Positions 1 through 8,534 of a stretch of 10,982 nt of DNA are shown here, piece by piece. The position numbers and the translations under genes were made by a program. How positions within the stretch are numbered: the stretch's first letter is position 1; every line of letters begins with the position of its first letter. Under the pieces are notes generated by a model. The model searched no databases and was not told the DNA's origin. It worked only from the letters and a program-made list of their open reading frames with translations. The stretch is from Candidatus Hydrogenedentota bacterium (GTDB taxonomy: Bacteria; Hydrogenedentota; Hydrogenedentia; Hydrogenedentales; SLHB01): contig JARKSN010000293.1 in assembly GCA_029974275.1 (NCBI GenBank), positions 1 through 10,982 on the forward strand, read 5' to 3'.

Positions 1-24
1 CTCGGCATAGTCGACCAGCATTTC

Positions 25-2619
25 CTAGGCCTCTTTCTTTTTCCCCAACTGCTCCAGCGTGAGGGCCAAGTCCCGCATCAAAACCAGATTGCCGGGATCC
101 GCGGCCAGTCTCGCCCGGATCGCCTTTTCGGCTTCTTCGGGAGTCCCACGCGCCGCCAGAAGACGCGCCTCGATATGCTGCACGGCCGTATCATTTCTCG
201 ATCCCGACGGATTGGCCGTCTTCAGTTTTTCAAAAACGGATTGGGCGTCTTCGGGACGGTTCATCTCAAGATAGGCGTTGATCATCATCTCCATAACGAG
301 CGGATTCTCGGGATCCGCAGTCAATGCCTGCTTCAGAAGACGTTCCGCTTCCTCATACTGGCGGAGCGACATGAGGGCGTCGGCCTGCTGAACGACGGCG
401 CGAATCGATCGGGGCGAGGCGCTCAACGCCTTGCGCGACCAGTCCACCGCGCCCTGGAAATCGCGCTGCAACATGGCGGCGTGCGCCATGCCCAACAGCG
501 CAGACTCGTTGGCGGCGTCCGTCGCCAAGACAGACGTGAATTCCTTGCGCGCGCCATCAAAATCCGGCGGCGTCTGCAGCAGCATGAGTTGGGCGTCAAG
601 CGCTTGAGCTTGCAAGCTGGCGGGGTCCGACTGGCGCACGGCCTGCACCAGCGCCTTGGCCTTCGCGGCGAAATCCGGCAGGTTTCGTCGCACCATTTCC
701 TGGGCGATAACCAGCTTGCCCTCGTTCAGGCCCCCTATGCCAGATGCCTCCAACTCCTTAACCAGTTCCACGGCCTGTTCGGGGTCTTTGAGACGCGCCG
801 TCATAAGCACACGTTCCAGAGCCAACACCCGTTTGTCCTCGCCTTGGCGCCGCGCCATCTCCCGCGCCAGAATCTCGAGAGCCGCCTCCGTTTGGCCTCG
901 CGAGGCGAACAGACCGCCCCACCGGACGATCTCCTCCGCAGTAACATCAGGACGCGCCAGGTCCTTCTCACACAAAGAACGCGCCTCGGCTCCATTTTCC
1001 TGCGCCAAGGCCACGGCGGCGCGCGGCCACAAGATATCTTTCTCGGGCAAACCTGCCGCTGCCGCCTCTTCCAGAATCCGGTGGGCGGCTTCAAAATCCT
1101 TCATATCCACAAACACCTGACACAGCGCCCGGTAGGCCTGCGCGATCTTGGGATCGCGCCGAATGGCCGATTCGAGAAGATCGCGAATCTCGGTCAAACA
1201 CTCGGAAACGCGCCCGAGCCGCTTGGCCGCTTCGTACGTTTGCATGGCCGCCGCAACCAGCAGCGTCGGGGTCGCAGCGTCGCTATCGCGCAGAGTCTTG
1301 GCGCCAGCCAGCAAGTCCTCCAAACTTTTCGGAGGACTCAGGATGCGGTCCAAAAGCGCCCGCGCCATCGGATCGTCCGGATTCGAACGCAAATACGATT
1401 CCAGAGACTGTCGCGCCTGTTCCGACTGACCCGCCTGCAAGTACGCCACCCCCAAATGGATATGCGCCGGACCAAACGTCGGCATCCGTACGACAACGGA
1501 GTCGAGAAGCGTTATGGCCTCCTTGACATTATTGTCCGCCAAGGCCAATCGAGCCTTGAGGTAATCCTGAATCGCCGAATTGTTCGGGTGCGTCTTGGCA
1601 AAAACCTCCGACACTTCCCGAGCCTCGCCGATGCGTCCCGCAGCGAGATGGACATCGAACAGAATCACCATGTTTTCCGGATTGTCCGCATTGACATAGG
1701 GATCGAGTCCGTTGAGCAATTCGACCGCCTTGTCGCCGTGACCTTGCTGGGCGTAGACCCGGGCCAAAAGACCGGGCGCATCCTCTTCGCCGGGATATTC
1801 CGCGATCAATCGCGCGCCATACTGCGCAGCGGCGTCCCAATCTTTTTGGGTGATGGCGACGCGCATGGCGACGAGCAATACAGTGGGATCGTCCGGAGCC
1901 AACTTGAGGGCCTCGACGATTTCTTGCGACGCGTCCTCCACACGGCGCGCGTGCAGATAGAACCGGGCGCGTTGCGCGCGCACGGCTCCATTTTCAGGGT
2001 GCTGCTCAAGGGCCTTCGCGAGAACGCCTTTCGCCTGATCGTCCAGCCGTCGCTCGGTCAGGAGAATGGCAAGGTCCGCATAGACCTGCGGCTCGGCGAT
2101 TCCCTTGTCGATGAGTTCGCGGTACGCGTCAATGGCTTCGTCGCGCCGCGCGGCCCGATCGAGCGCCATGGCGCGCAGATTCAGCAGACGGGAATCGTCG
2201 GGACGCTTGCGCAAAAACAGGTCCGCATAATACTCGAGATCGCTGTAGGCGTGGGCCCGTTCTTGGATTTCAAGCACTTTGTCCTGAATCTCGACATTGT
2301 CCGGTTGTAGACGAGCAATGAGGATGAAGGCCTGCGCCGCCTGCCGAAGCGCAGCCTCGCGATTGTCCAAACGGCGCAAACCCACCTCGCCGTATTGCAG
2401 GAGAACGTTGACATCGTCCGGATGCTTGGTCAGGTAATACTCATAATATTTCTTCGCTTCCCGCCATTCTCCCTGTTCAAAAGCCGCGTTCGCCGTGCCC
2501 AAATACTCCCGTTGACGGTGATGTTGAAACAGCGAATACGCCCCGAACCCTACTCCCGCCACGACAACCACTACTACGACGCCGCCGATAACCGGTCTGA
2601 CCCACTTCGCGCTGGCCAT
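25..2619 (-). CDS. Large membrane-anchored tetratricopeptide-repeat (TPR) protein, loosely PrsT/EPS-locus-like; probably cut short by an in-frame TAG
   Basis: 864-aa ORF. N-terminal basic residues are followed by a hydrophobic helix (VIGGVVVVVVVAGVGFGAYSLF) with no lipobox Cys. Many TPR-type units follow (e.g. AHIHLGVAYLQAGQSEQARQSLESYLRSNPDD, QADALMSLRQYEEAERLLKQALTADPEN). GGAGG at 2632-2636 lies 12 nt upstream of the ATG. The ORF ends mid-repeat at TAG 25-27. Confidence 0.88.
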   Translation of the reverse strand: MASAKWVRPVIGGVVVVVVVAGVGFGAYSLFQHHRQREYLGTANAAFEQGEWREAKKYYEYYLTKHPDDVNVLLQYGEVGLRRLDNREAALRQAAQAFILIARLQPDNVEIQDKVLEIQERAHAYSDLEYYADLFLRKRPDDSRLLNLRAMALDRAARRDEAIDAYRELIDKGIAEPQVYADLAILLTERRLDDQAKGVLAKALEQHPENGAVRAQRARFYLHARRVEDASQEIVEALKLAPDDPTVLLVAMRVAITQKDWDAAAQYGARLIAEYPGEEDAPGLLARVYAQQGHGDKAVELLNGLDPYVNADNPENMVILFDVHLAAGRIGEAREVSEVFAKTHPNNSAIQDYLKARLALADNNVKEAITLLDSVVVRMPTFGPAHIHLGVAYLQAGQSEQARQSLESYLRSNPDDPMARALLDRILSPPKSLEDLLAGAKTLRDSDAATPTLLVAAAMQTYEAAKRLGRVSECLTEIRDLLESAIRRDPKIAQAYRALCQVFVDMKDFEAAHRILEEAAAAGLPEKDILWPRAAVALAQENGAEARSLCEKDLARPDVTAEEIVRWGGLFASRGQTEAALEILAREMARRQGEDKRVLALERVLMTARLKDPEQAVELVKELEASGIGGLNEGKLVIAQEMVRRNLPDFAAKAKALVQAVRQSDPASLQAQALDAQLMLLQTPPDFDGARKEFTSVLATDAANESALLGMAHAAMLQRDFQGAVDWSRKALSASPRSIRAVVQQADALMSLRQYEEAERLLKQALTADPENPLVMEMMINAYLEMNRPEDAQSVFEKLKTANPSGSRNDTAVQHIEARLLAARGTPEEAEKAIRARLAADPGNLVLMRDLALTLEQLGKKKEA

Positions 2620-2717
2620 AACTCTTGTGCGCCTCCATCGTATTCCACGACAAATATTAAGACTATTGCGGCGCCAACCCTTTCAGCGACCGCGCCCTTT
2701 GGCATGAAGGGCTTCCG

Positions 2718-4943
2718 TCACGCTTGCTGACTCGCATCGCGCTCGGGCTGGGACGGTCGAGGCGGCACAGGGGCCTCCATCGAGCGCGATTCACGAATGT
2801 GTCTGGGCGTGCGTACGCGATTCAGCACAATGCCCACGACATTGGCCCCCACCTCGTACAGTCCCTGGAGACAACGCCCCGCCATGCCCAAGGTCGTTCG
2901 ATCGACGGCCACCACCATCAAGACGCCGTCCACCACGGGGGCCAACAACTTTGTCTCGGACATCAACAACGCCGGAGGCGGATCGAGCAGAATATGGTCA
3001 TAATCCTGCTCCATTTGTTCGAACAGGCCCATCACCTCACGCGACGCGAGTTTGTTCACCAGGGCCGATCCGTGATGTCCTGGGCCGATCACCCAGACAT
3101 TGCGGCATGGCGTGGCGCGCTGAAACGGATGGGGATCGGCCCCCTCAATGAGAATCTCCCCCAACCCTTCCGCGGGATCCAGCCCAAACATCCGCTCGAC
3201 GCGGGGCGCGCGGGAACACAAATCAACCACCAACACCCTGCGGTTCGCCTGGCCCAATGCAACCGCCAGACTGCACGCCACCGAGGTGCGCCCATCCTGA
3301 CGTCCGGGACTGGCCACCATGCACATGCGCAGTTCCCCCGCTCCCTCGGGAGGATAAACGATGCGCGTCATCACCCGGCGCACCTCGTCCGCCAGCATCG
3401 AATCAGGGCGATGGAGCAGCAACACGGGCGCGTCCTTCGGAATCGAAGCGTTTTCCTCGCACGCATCGGGAATCGAAGCCAACACCTGAAGAGGAGTCAA
3501 CGCAGCGATATCCCGGGCGTCGCGCACCCGTTGATCCGCAATTTCTCGCCATGCCCCCGCGCTCACGCCCGCCAGAAGAGACCCCAGCACGGCCAGAAGG
3601 ATGTACTGAGTCCGCTTGCCGGCAAGCGGCTCGTCAGAAACAGTCGGACGCGACGCCACTTGAAAACTGGCCGGCGCGTTGCTTTCGACGTCGATGGCAT
3701 AAATGCGCTCTTCGATCTGCTTCAACCTGGATTGCGTGTCCGCTAGGCGGGTCTGGATGTCTTCTATCTCGATTTGTTGTTTGCTGGCCCGAACCAACTG
3801 CTGGGTGCGCTCGCTGATATAGGTCTGAAATTCAGACTCGCGCTGCTTGGCGTCCTCAACCCGATTCCGGGCTTCATGCAAGCGAATGTCAGTCTTCTCG
3901 ATGATCGATTGAAGGGCGCGCGCGCGCGCATTCTGCAACGTCTCCCGCAGACGGACGTTCAGCGAGTCATGCGCCTCCTGCTGCACCAACCGCTGCGGCG
4001 CCACGGCGTTATACAGACGCTCCAGCACGCCCGTGTTCTGTTCGGAAACCAGCAGCTGTCCCTGAAGCGCCAACACGGCAGGATCGGCGGCGGCCATCGC
4101 CTCGATGTCATAGGCATAGATAGGCTTGTCGGGCGCTTTCTGGAACCGGCCCACCCAGTCCCGCAGGTCCTGGGCCATATCTTCGAGCACGCGGACCTGC
4201 GCCTCGAAAGTGCTTCGATCCGCGGTGGCGCGCCCAAGGCTCTGATGCCAGACGACCATGTCGCTCACCTGGCCGCTCCCAAGTCCTTCGACGCCAACGC
4301 CCAAATCTTTGTACAGGGCCGTCAGACGATTCCGGTGACGATCCATCTCGTCCAGGGTTTCCTTGCTCATTTTCTGCAATTGACCGAGACGCTCGCTGCC
4401 GGAAGTTTTGGCGTGGCCGGTGGCCAGCAGAACGTATTGATCGATGATGGTGTCAAGAATGCGCTGGGCAACGGCGCGCTCCGGAGCGCTGAAGCGGACC
4501 ATGACCAGCTCCGTGTTCCGCTGGTTGACCACATACAACTTTCGCCTCAGCGTGTCCAGCGGATCCTTTTGATCGGCCAGCCAGGAAATCTTGCGTATTT
4601 CAGGCTGCTCGAGCGTCCGCTGCAGCACGGCGGGGCCGCCAATCAAGCCAACCTGCGTCGCAACGTACTTCTCGTAATTGGCCGACAAACGGCGCGGCGA
4701 ATCGTCATACAGAATCTTGGGCGTCTTCGCGAGAAACTGAAGCGTGGCCGACGCCTGGTACTCGACCGGCATCAGAAAAAACAACAGCAACGCCCCAGGA
4801 ATCGCGAGAACAAGGAATATCGTGACCATGAACGCCGTCCTAAGGCGCACCAAACGGGATACATTCAACCGCATCTGGGGAGATGCCGCATGCCGCACGA
4901 AGCGCCGAGGAGCAGTCAGGTCTGTCGAAAATTCCGTGGACAT
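2718..4943 (-). CDS. Wzc/GumC-family polysaccharide co-polymerase (chain-length determinant) with a degenerate C-terminal BY-kinase-like P-loop domain
   Basis: TM1 (TAFMVTIFLVLAIPGALLLFFLM) followed by P-x-x-Y-Q-A-S-A, a long coiled-coil region, TM2 (YILLAVLGSLLAGVSAGAW) and LQVLASIP. Then BY-kinase-like motifs MVASPGRQDGRTS, RVLVVDLCSRAP, YDHILLDPPP, DGVLMVV and VVGIVLN. Start placed at ATG 4943 (MSTEF, 741 aa) because AGGAGG lies at 4948-4953. Confidence 0.88.
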   Translation of the reverse strand: MSTEFSTDLTAPRRFVRHAASPQMRLNVSRLVRLRTAFMVTIFLVLAIPGALLLFFLMPVEYQASATLQFLAKTPKILYDDSPRRLSANYEKYVATQVGLIGGPAVLQRTLEQPEIRKISWLADQKDPLDTLRRKLYVVNQRNTELVMVRFSAPERAVAQRILDTIIDQYVLLATGHAKTSGSERLGQLQKMSKETLDEMDRHRNRLTALYKDLGVGVEGLGSGQVSDMVVWHQSLGRATADRSTFEAQVRVLEDMAQDLRDWVGRFQKAPDKPIYAYDIEAMAAADPAVLALQGQLLVSEQNTGVLERLYNAVAPQRLVQQEAHDSLNVRLRETLQNARARALQSIIEKTDIRLHEARNRVEDAKQRESEFQTYISERTQQLVRASKQQIEIEDIQTRLADTQSRLKQIEERIYAIDVESNAPASFQVASRPTVSDEPLAGKRTQYILLAVLGSLLAGVSAGAWREIADQRVRDARDIAALTPLQVLASIPDACEENASIPKDAPVLLLHRPDSMLADEVRRVMTRIVYPPEGAGELRMCMVASPGRQDGRTSVACSLAVALGQANRRVLVVDLCSRAPRVERMFGLDPAEGLGEILIEGADPHPFQRATPCRNVWVIGPGHHGSALVNKLASREVMGLFEQMEQDYDHILLDPPPALLMSETKLLAPVVDGVLMVVAVDRTTLGMAGRCLQGLYEVGANVVGIVLNRVRTPRHIRESRSMEAPVPPRPSQPERDASQQA

Positions 4944-4947
4944 CACG

Positions 4948-4953
4948 CCTCCT
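4948..4953 (-). promoter_or_regulatory. Shine-Dalgarno site of the Wzc-like gene
   Basis: Minus strand reads AGGAGG-CGTG-ATG. Confidence 0.7.
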
Positions 4954-5003
4954 GGCATGGCTGCACAAACGCGCCGCCACACCGAGTCCTCTTATTACAG
5001 TGA

Positions 5004-5032
5004 ATTATATGTGTCATCCAATATTCCGTCAA
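5004..5032 (-). promoter_or_regulatory. Sigma70-type promoter for the Wzc-like/TPR genes
   Basis: Minus strand TTGACG (5027-5032), 17-nt spacer, TATAAT (5004-5009), in an AT-rich gap just after the dnaE stop. Confidence 0.8.
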
Positions 5033-5069
5033 GAAATAATGTCCGTTCTTTCACACGCTGTCCGGATAC

Positions 5070-8000
5070 TCAGACGCCCATGCGGGGGATCCCGTTTCCG
5101 CCGGAAAACCAGAACGCATCCGGCCCCAAAAGGGCTTGCACGCGGTCCCGCAACGCAGGAACGGGATTGACTCGGCAGACGGACGTCGCCAGCACAGTGA
5201 CCACGTCCCCATTCTCTGCCGTGCAATGGAGATAAACGTCGCATTTTCCGGGTTCGGAACCGAACACTTCGGCCAACTGCACCAACGTCGCATCGTCGAC
5301 CGTCCTGAGATCGATGAGCGCATGGGCGGCCTTGCTCAACGTGGACTCGGCCTCCTCCAAGGAAACGATATCGATGGCCAGCAACGATATCTCGCCGTTG
5401 CGCCGGGTAGCCTTTGACGGCGCCATCACGATGGCGTCCGGAACAAGCAGCCCGGCCCGTTGCTCGTAAATATCGTTGAAAACGGTGATTTCACACGATC
5501 CTTCGAGGGTTTCGAGCGTGACGAAAGCCATTTTTTTCCCGCGTTGGGTGGTGTAGTGCTTGACAGCGGCGATGAGCCCTCCCAGCTGCACCTCCTGGTT
5601 TTCCCGCAAATCGGGCAGGTCGGCGATGCTGACGTTGGTGAAGCGCTGAAGAATCTTGGCGCATTTCGCCAGAGGATGACTGCTGACGTAGAGCCCGAGC
5701 ATCTCCTTCTCGAAGGCCAGCAACTCGTTCTCGGGCCATTCGGGAAGGTCCGGCTTCTGATGCATCGTAACCGCCTCGGGGGCGTCACTCGCGACAAGAT
5801 CGAAAAGCGAAGTCTGGCCAGCGTCACGCTCGCGCTGACTCAACTGTCCCTCGCTAAGCGCGGCATCGAGCGAGTCTTCCACCTGGCGCCGGTTCCAACC
5901 CGTGCTCGCGAAGGCGCCGGCCCGGTTCATGCTCTCGATCACGCGCCGGTTCACCTGTCGCGTATCCAGGCGGCTGCAGAAGTCGAAGATGTCCTTGAAA
6001 GGCCCGTTGTCCTGGCGTTCCGCGAGAATGGCCTTCACGGCGTTCTCGCCGGCGTTTTTGATGGCGCCCATTCCAAAACGGATGCGTCCGCCTTCAACGG
6101 TGAACCCCAGGGCGCTGGCGTTCACGTCGGGCGGCAACACCTCGATATTCAACCTCCGGCACTCCTCCACGTAGACGCCGATTTTGTCCAGGTTGCCGGA
6201 TTCGCTGGTAAGCAGCGCCGCCATGAATTCGGCGGGATAGTTCGCCTTGAGGTACGCCGTCTGATAAGCCACAAAAGCATACGCCATGCTGTGGCTCTTA
6301 TTGAAGCCGTATCCCGCAAACTGCTCAATCTTTTGAAACAAGAGGTCGGCCGTGGCCTCATCGATGCCGTTAGCCTTCGCGCCCGCCACAAACATGTCGC
6401 GCTGCTCGGCCATGAGATCGGCCTTTTTCTTGCCCATCGCGCGCCGCAACACATCGGCTTGGCCCAGCGTGAACCCGGCAACCGCCTGCACAATCTGCAT
6501 CACTTGCTCTTGGTACAACGCGACGCCATAGGTTTCGCGCAGGATCGGCTCCAACAAGGGATGATCGAATTTCAGCTTGCCCGGATCGTGTTTGCATTCG
6601 ATGTATTGGTCCTTGAGCGCCATTGGACCCGGCCGGTACAACGCGATCAGCGCGCACACCTCCTCGAGACTCTCGAGTCCGATGCGACGCGCCAGTTCGC
6701 GCATGCCGGAACTCTCCAACTGGAACACGCCCATGGTCTGGCCGGATCGCAGCAACGCGTACGTGTTCTTGTCATCGGGTTCGAGATTGTCGATGTCGAT
6801 GTAAATGCCGCGGTTTTCCTTGACGAGCCGGGCGGCTTCGTGCACGACCGTCAGGGTGCGCAAGCCAAGAAAGTCCATTTTCAACAAACCGACTTCCTCG
6901 ACCGCCTTCATCTCGCACTGCGTTGCGACGGTGTCGCTGCCCGAAGCTTGAAACAGCGCGACATGGCGGGTCAACGGCTCGTCGCAGATAACGACCCCCG
7001 CCGCATGGGTGCCGCAATTGCCGATCGTTCCCTCGAGCTTGATCGCCAAGGCCCATAGCCGCGCGACGGCAGGGTCCTCCTTGATGGCTCGCTGGATTTC
7101 CGGCTCCTTCTCGTACGCATCCTTGAGTTTTATCTTGAGTTCGTCCGGGACCAATTTCGCGATGCGGTCCACATCGCCGTAGCTCATGCCCAACACGCGG
7201 CCCACGTTGCGGATGGCCTGCTTGGCCAGCATCCGGCCAAAGGTGATGATCTGGCTGACATTGTCCGCGCCATACTTCCCGCGCACGTACTCGATGACCT
7301 CGGGGCGGCGGGTGTAGCAAAAATCGAGGTCGAAATCGGGCATGGAGACGCGGTCGGGGTTCAAGAAGCGTTCGAACAGCAGCCCATATCGAATGGGATC
7401 GATATTGGTGATCTTGAGCGCATACGCGACCAGACTGCCCGCGCCCGAACCGCGGCCCGGCCCCACGGGAATGCCCTTCTGCCGGGCATGGTTGATGAGG
7501 TCCCACACCACCAGAAAGTAGTCGACAAACTCCATCCGCTCGATGATGTCCAACTCGAAATCGGCGCGTTCCAAATGGTCCGGCGATGGTTTTCCGCCGT
7601 AACGGTCCTCGAGCCCAAGCTGGACGAGGCTCCGGAGATACGCCTCCTTCGTGAATCCTTCCGGCGGGGTGTACTTCGGAATGAGGTGTTTCCCCAGCGG
7701 CAGATCGACGTTGCAACGGGAGGCGATTTTCTCGGTATTGGCGATCGCCTCGGGCCATTCGGGGAATTTGCGCCGCATTTCGTCGGGGCTGGCGAAATAA
7801 AACTCATTGGATCCGAATTTGAAACGCTTCTCGTCGTTTAGGTTCGCGTTCGTTTGAATGGCAAGCAGGGCCTCATGGGCTTCCGCATCGGCCTGGTCGG
7901 TGTAATGGCAATCGTTCGTCGCGATAACCATGATCCCGTGGCGTTTCGCCAAGTCCACAATCAAGGGGTTCACTTGCCGCTGCTCCGGCAGGCCATGGTC

Positions 8001-8534
8001 CATGATCTCAAGCAAAAAATTGTCGCGCCCGAAAATCCCGACAAACCGGTCAACCGCTTCGTCCGCGCCTTTCATGTCTCCATGCAGCAGCCGCTGGGGA
8101 ATTTCGCCGGCCAGGCACGCACTCGTGCCAATGAGGCCTTCGTGATGCTTCTCCAATAGATCAAGGTCGATACGCGGACGATAGTGAAAACCTTCGAGGT
8201 ACCCCAACGAACTCAGCCGGCACAGGTTATGGTAGCCTTCCTCGTTCTCGCACAGGAGCAGGAAGTGGTTGTGACCCGAACCGGTGGTTCGCGCCGATTT
8301 GTCGAAACGGCTTCCCTTGGCGACGTAGAGTTCCGCGCCGATGATAGGTTTGATGCCCGCCTTCTGGGCGCTCTGGTAAAAATCGATCGCGCCGAACAAG
8401 GCCCCATGGTCCGTAATGGCGCACGAGGTCATGCCAAATTCCCGGCAACGATCGAGCAGGTCGTGAATCTTTGTCGCGCCATCGAGCACGCTGTATTCCG
8501 TATGCACGTGCAGGTGAACGAATCCGCCGCTCAT
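5070..8534 (-). CDS. dnaE: DNA polymerase III subunit alpha (DnaE1-type replicative polymerase)
   Basis: 1154 aa. PHP domain (FVHLHVHTEYSVLDG, AITDHG, ATNDCHY), GPGRGSGAGSLVAY, LLFERFLNPDRVSMPDFDLDF, GTHAAGVVI, LLKMDFLGLRTL, FAGYGFNKSHSMAY, clamp-binding-like QTSLFD (5799-5816), LAFEKEMLGLYVSSHPL and an OB-fold. No intein-sized insertion. Confidence 0.99.
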   Translation of the reverse strand: MSGGFVHLHVHTEYSVLDGATKIHDLLDRCREFGMTSCAITDHGALFGAIDFYQSAQKAGIKPIIGAELYVAKGSRFDKSARTTGSGHNHFLLLCENEEGYHNLCRLSSLGYLEGFHYRPRIDLDLLEKHHEGLIGTSACLAGEIPQRLLHGDMKGADEAVDRFVGIFGRDNFLLEIMDHGLPEQRQVNPLIVDLAKRHGIMVIATNDCHYTDQADAEAHEALLAIQTNANLNDEKRFKFGSNEFYFASPDEMRRKFPEWPEAIANTEKIASRCNVDLPLGKHLIPKYTPPEGFTKEAYLRSLVQLGLEDRYGGKPSPDHLERADFELDIIERMEFVDYFLVVWDLINHARQKGIPVGPGRGSGAGSLVAYALKITNIDPIRYGLLFERFLNPDRVSMPDFDLDFCYTRRPEVIEYVRGKYGADNVSQIITFGRMLAKQAIRNVGRVLGMSYGDVDRIAKLVPDELKIKLKDAYEKEPEIQRAIKEDPAVARLWALAIKLEGTIGNCGTHAAGVVICDEPLTRHVALFQASGSDTVATQCEMKAVEEVGLLKMDFLGLRTLTVVHEAARLVKENRGIYIDIDNLEPDDKNTYALLRSGQTMGVFQLESSGMRELARRIGLESLEEVCALIALYRPGPMALKDQYIECKHDPGKLKFDHPLLEPILRETYGVALYQEQVMQIVQAVAGFTLGQADVLRRAMGKKKADLMAEQRDMFVAGAKANGIDEATADLLFQKIEQFAGYGFNKSHSMAYAFVAYQTAYLKANYPAEFMAALLTSESGNLDKIGVYVEECRRLNIEVLPPDVNASALGFTVEGGRIRFGMGAIKNAGENAVKAILAERQDNGPFKDIFDFCSRLDTRQVNRRVIESMNRAGAFASTGWNRRQVEDSLDAALSEGQLSQRERDAGQTSLFDLVASDAPEAVTMHQKPDLPEWPENELLAFEKEMLGLYVSSHPLAKCAKILQRFTNVSIADLPDLRENQEVQLGGLIAAVKHYTTQRGKKMAFVTLETLEGSCEITVFNDIYEQRAGLLVPDAIVMAPSKATRRNGEISLLAIDIVSLEEAESTLSKAAHALIDLRTVDDATLVQLAEVFGSEPGKCDVYLHCTAENGDVVTVLATSVCRVNPVPALRDRVQALLGPDAFWFSGGNGIPRMGV

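Noticed and set aside
175..2310. 711-aa plus-strand ORF antisense to the TPR gene
   Set aside because: It is in exact codon register with the minus-strand gene. Antisense stops need TTA, CTA or TCA sense codons, which are rare in GC-rich genes. The product is Arg/Gly-rich with no recognisable motifs, so it is a shadow ORF.
2560..2580. Run of seven valines in the TPR N-terminus
   Set aside because: Encoded by mixed codons within the membrane anchor, so not a slippage repeat.
2694..2712. Hairpin GCCCTT/AAGGGC just after the Wzc-like stop
   Set aside because: Only a 6-bp stem with no U-tract on the coding strand, so not supportable as a terminator.
3916..3929. (GC)7 dinucleotide run in the Wzc-like gene
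   Set aside because: Encodes ARARA in a coiled coil with the frame intact. Plausible by chance in GC-rich DNA, with no evidence of phase variation.
4944..4982. Longer N-terminus of the Wzc-like ORF (start 4982)
   Set aside because: AGGAGG directly precedes ATG 4943, which is the better-supported start.
2724..5003. Plus-strand ORFs of 340 and 409 aa antisense to the Wzc-like gene
   Set aside because: In-register shadow ORFs with no domain features.
5460..7058. 532-aa plus-strand ORF antisense to dnaE
   Set aside because: In-register shadow of a highly conserved gene.
5070..8534. Possible intein, split dnaE or error-prone DnaE2
   Set aside because: The ORF is continuous and of normal length with no intein motifs. 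It has DnaE1-type motifs (GFNKSH, clamp motif, C-terminal domain) and no imuA/imuB neighbours.
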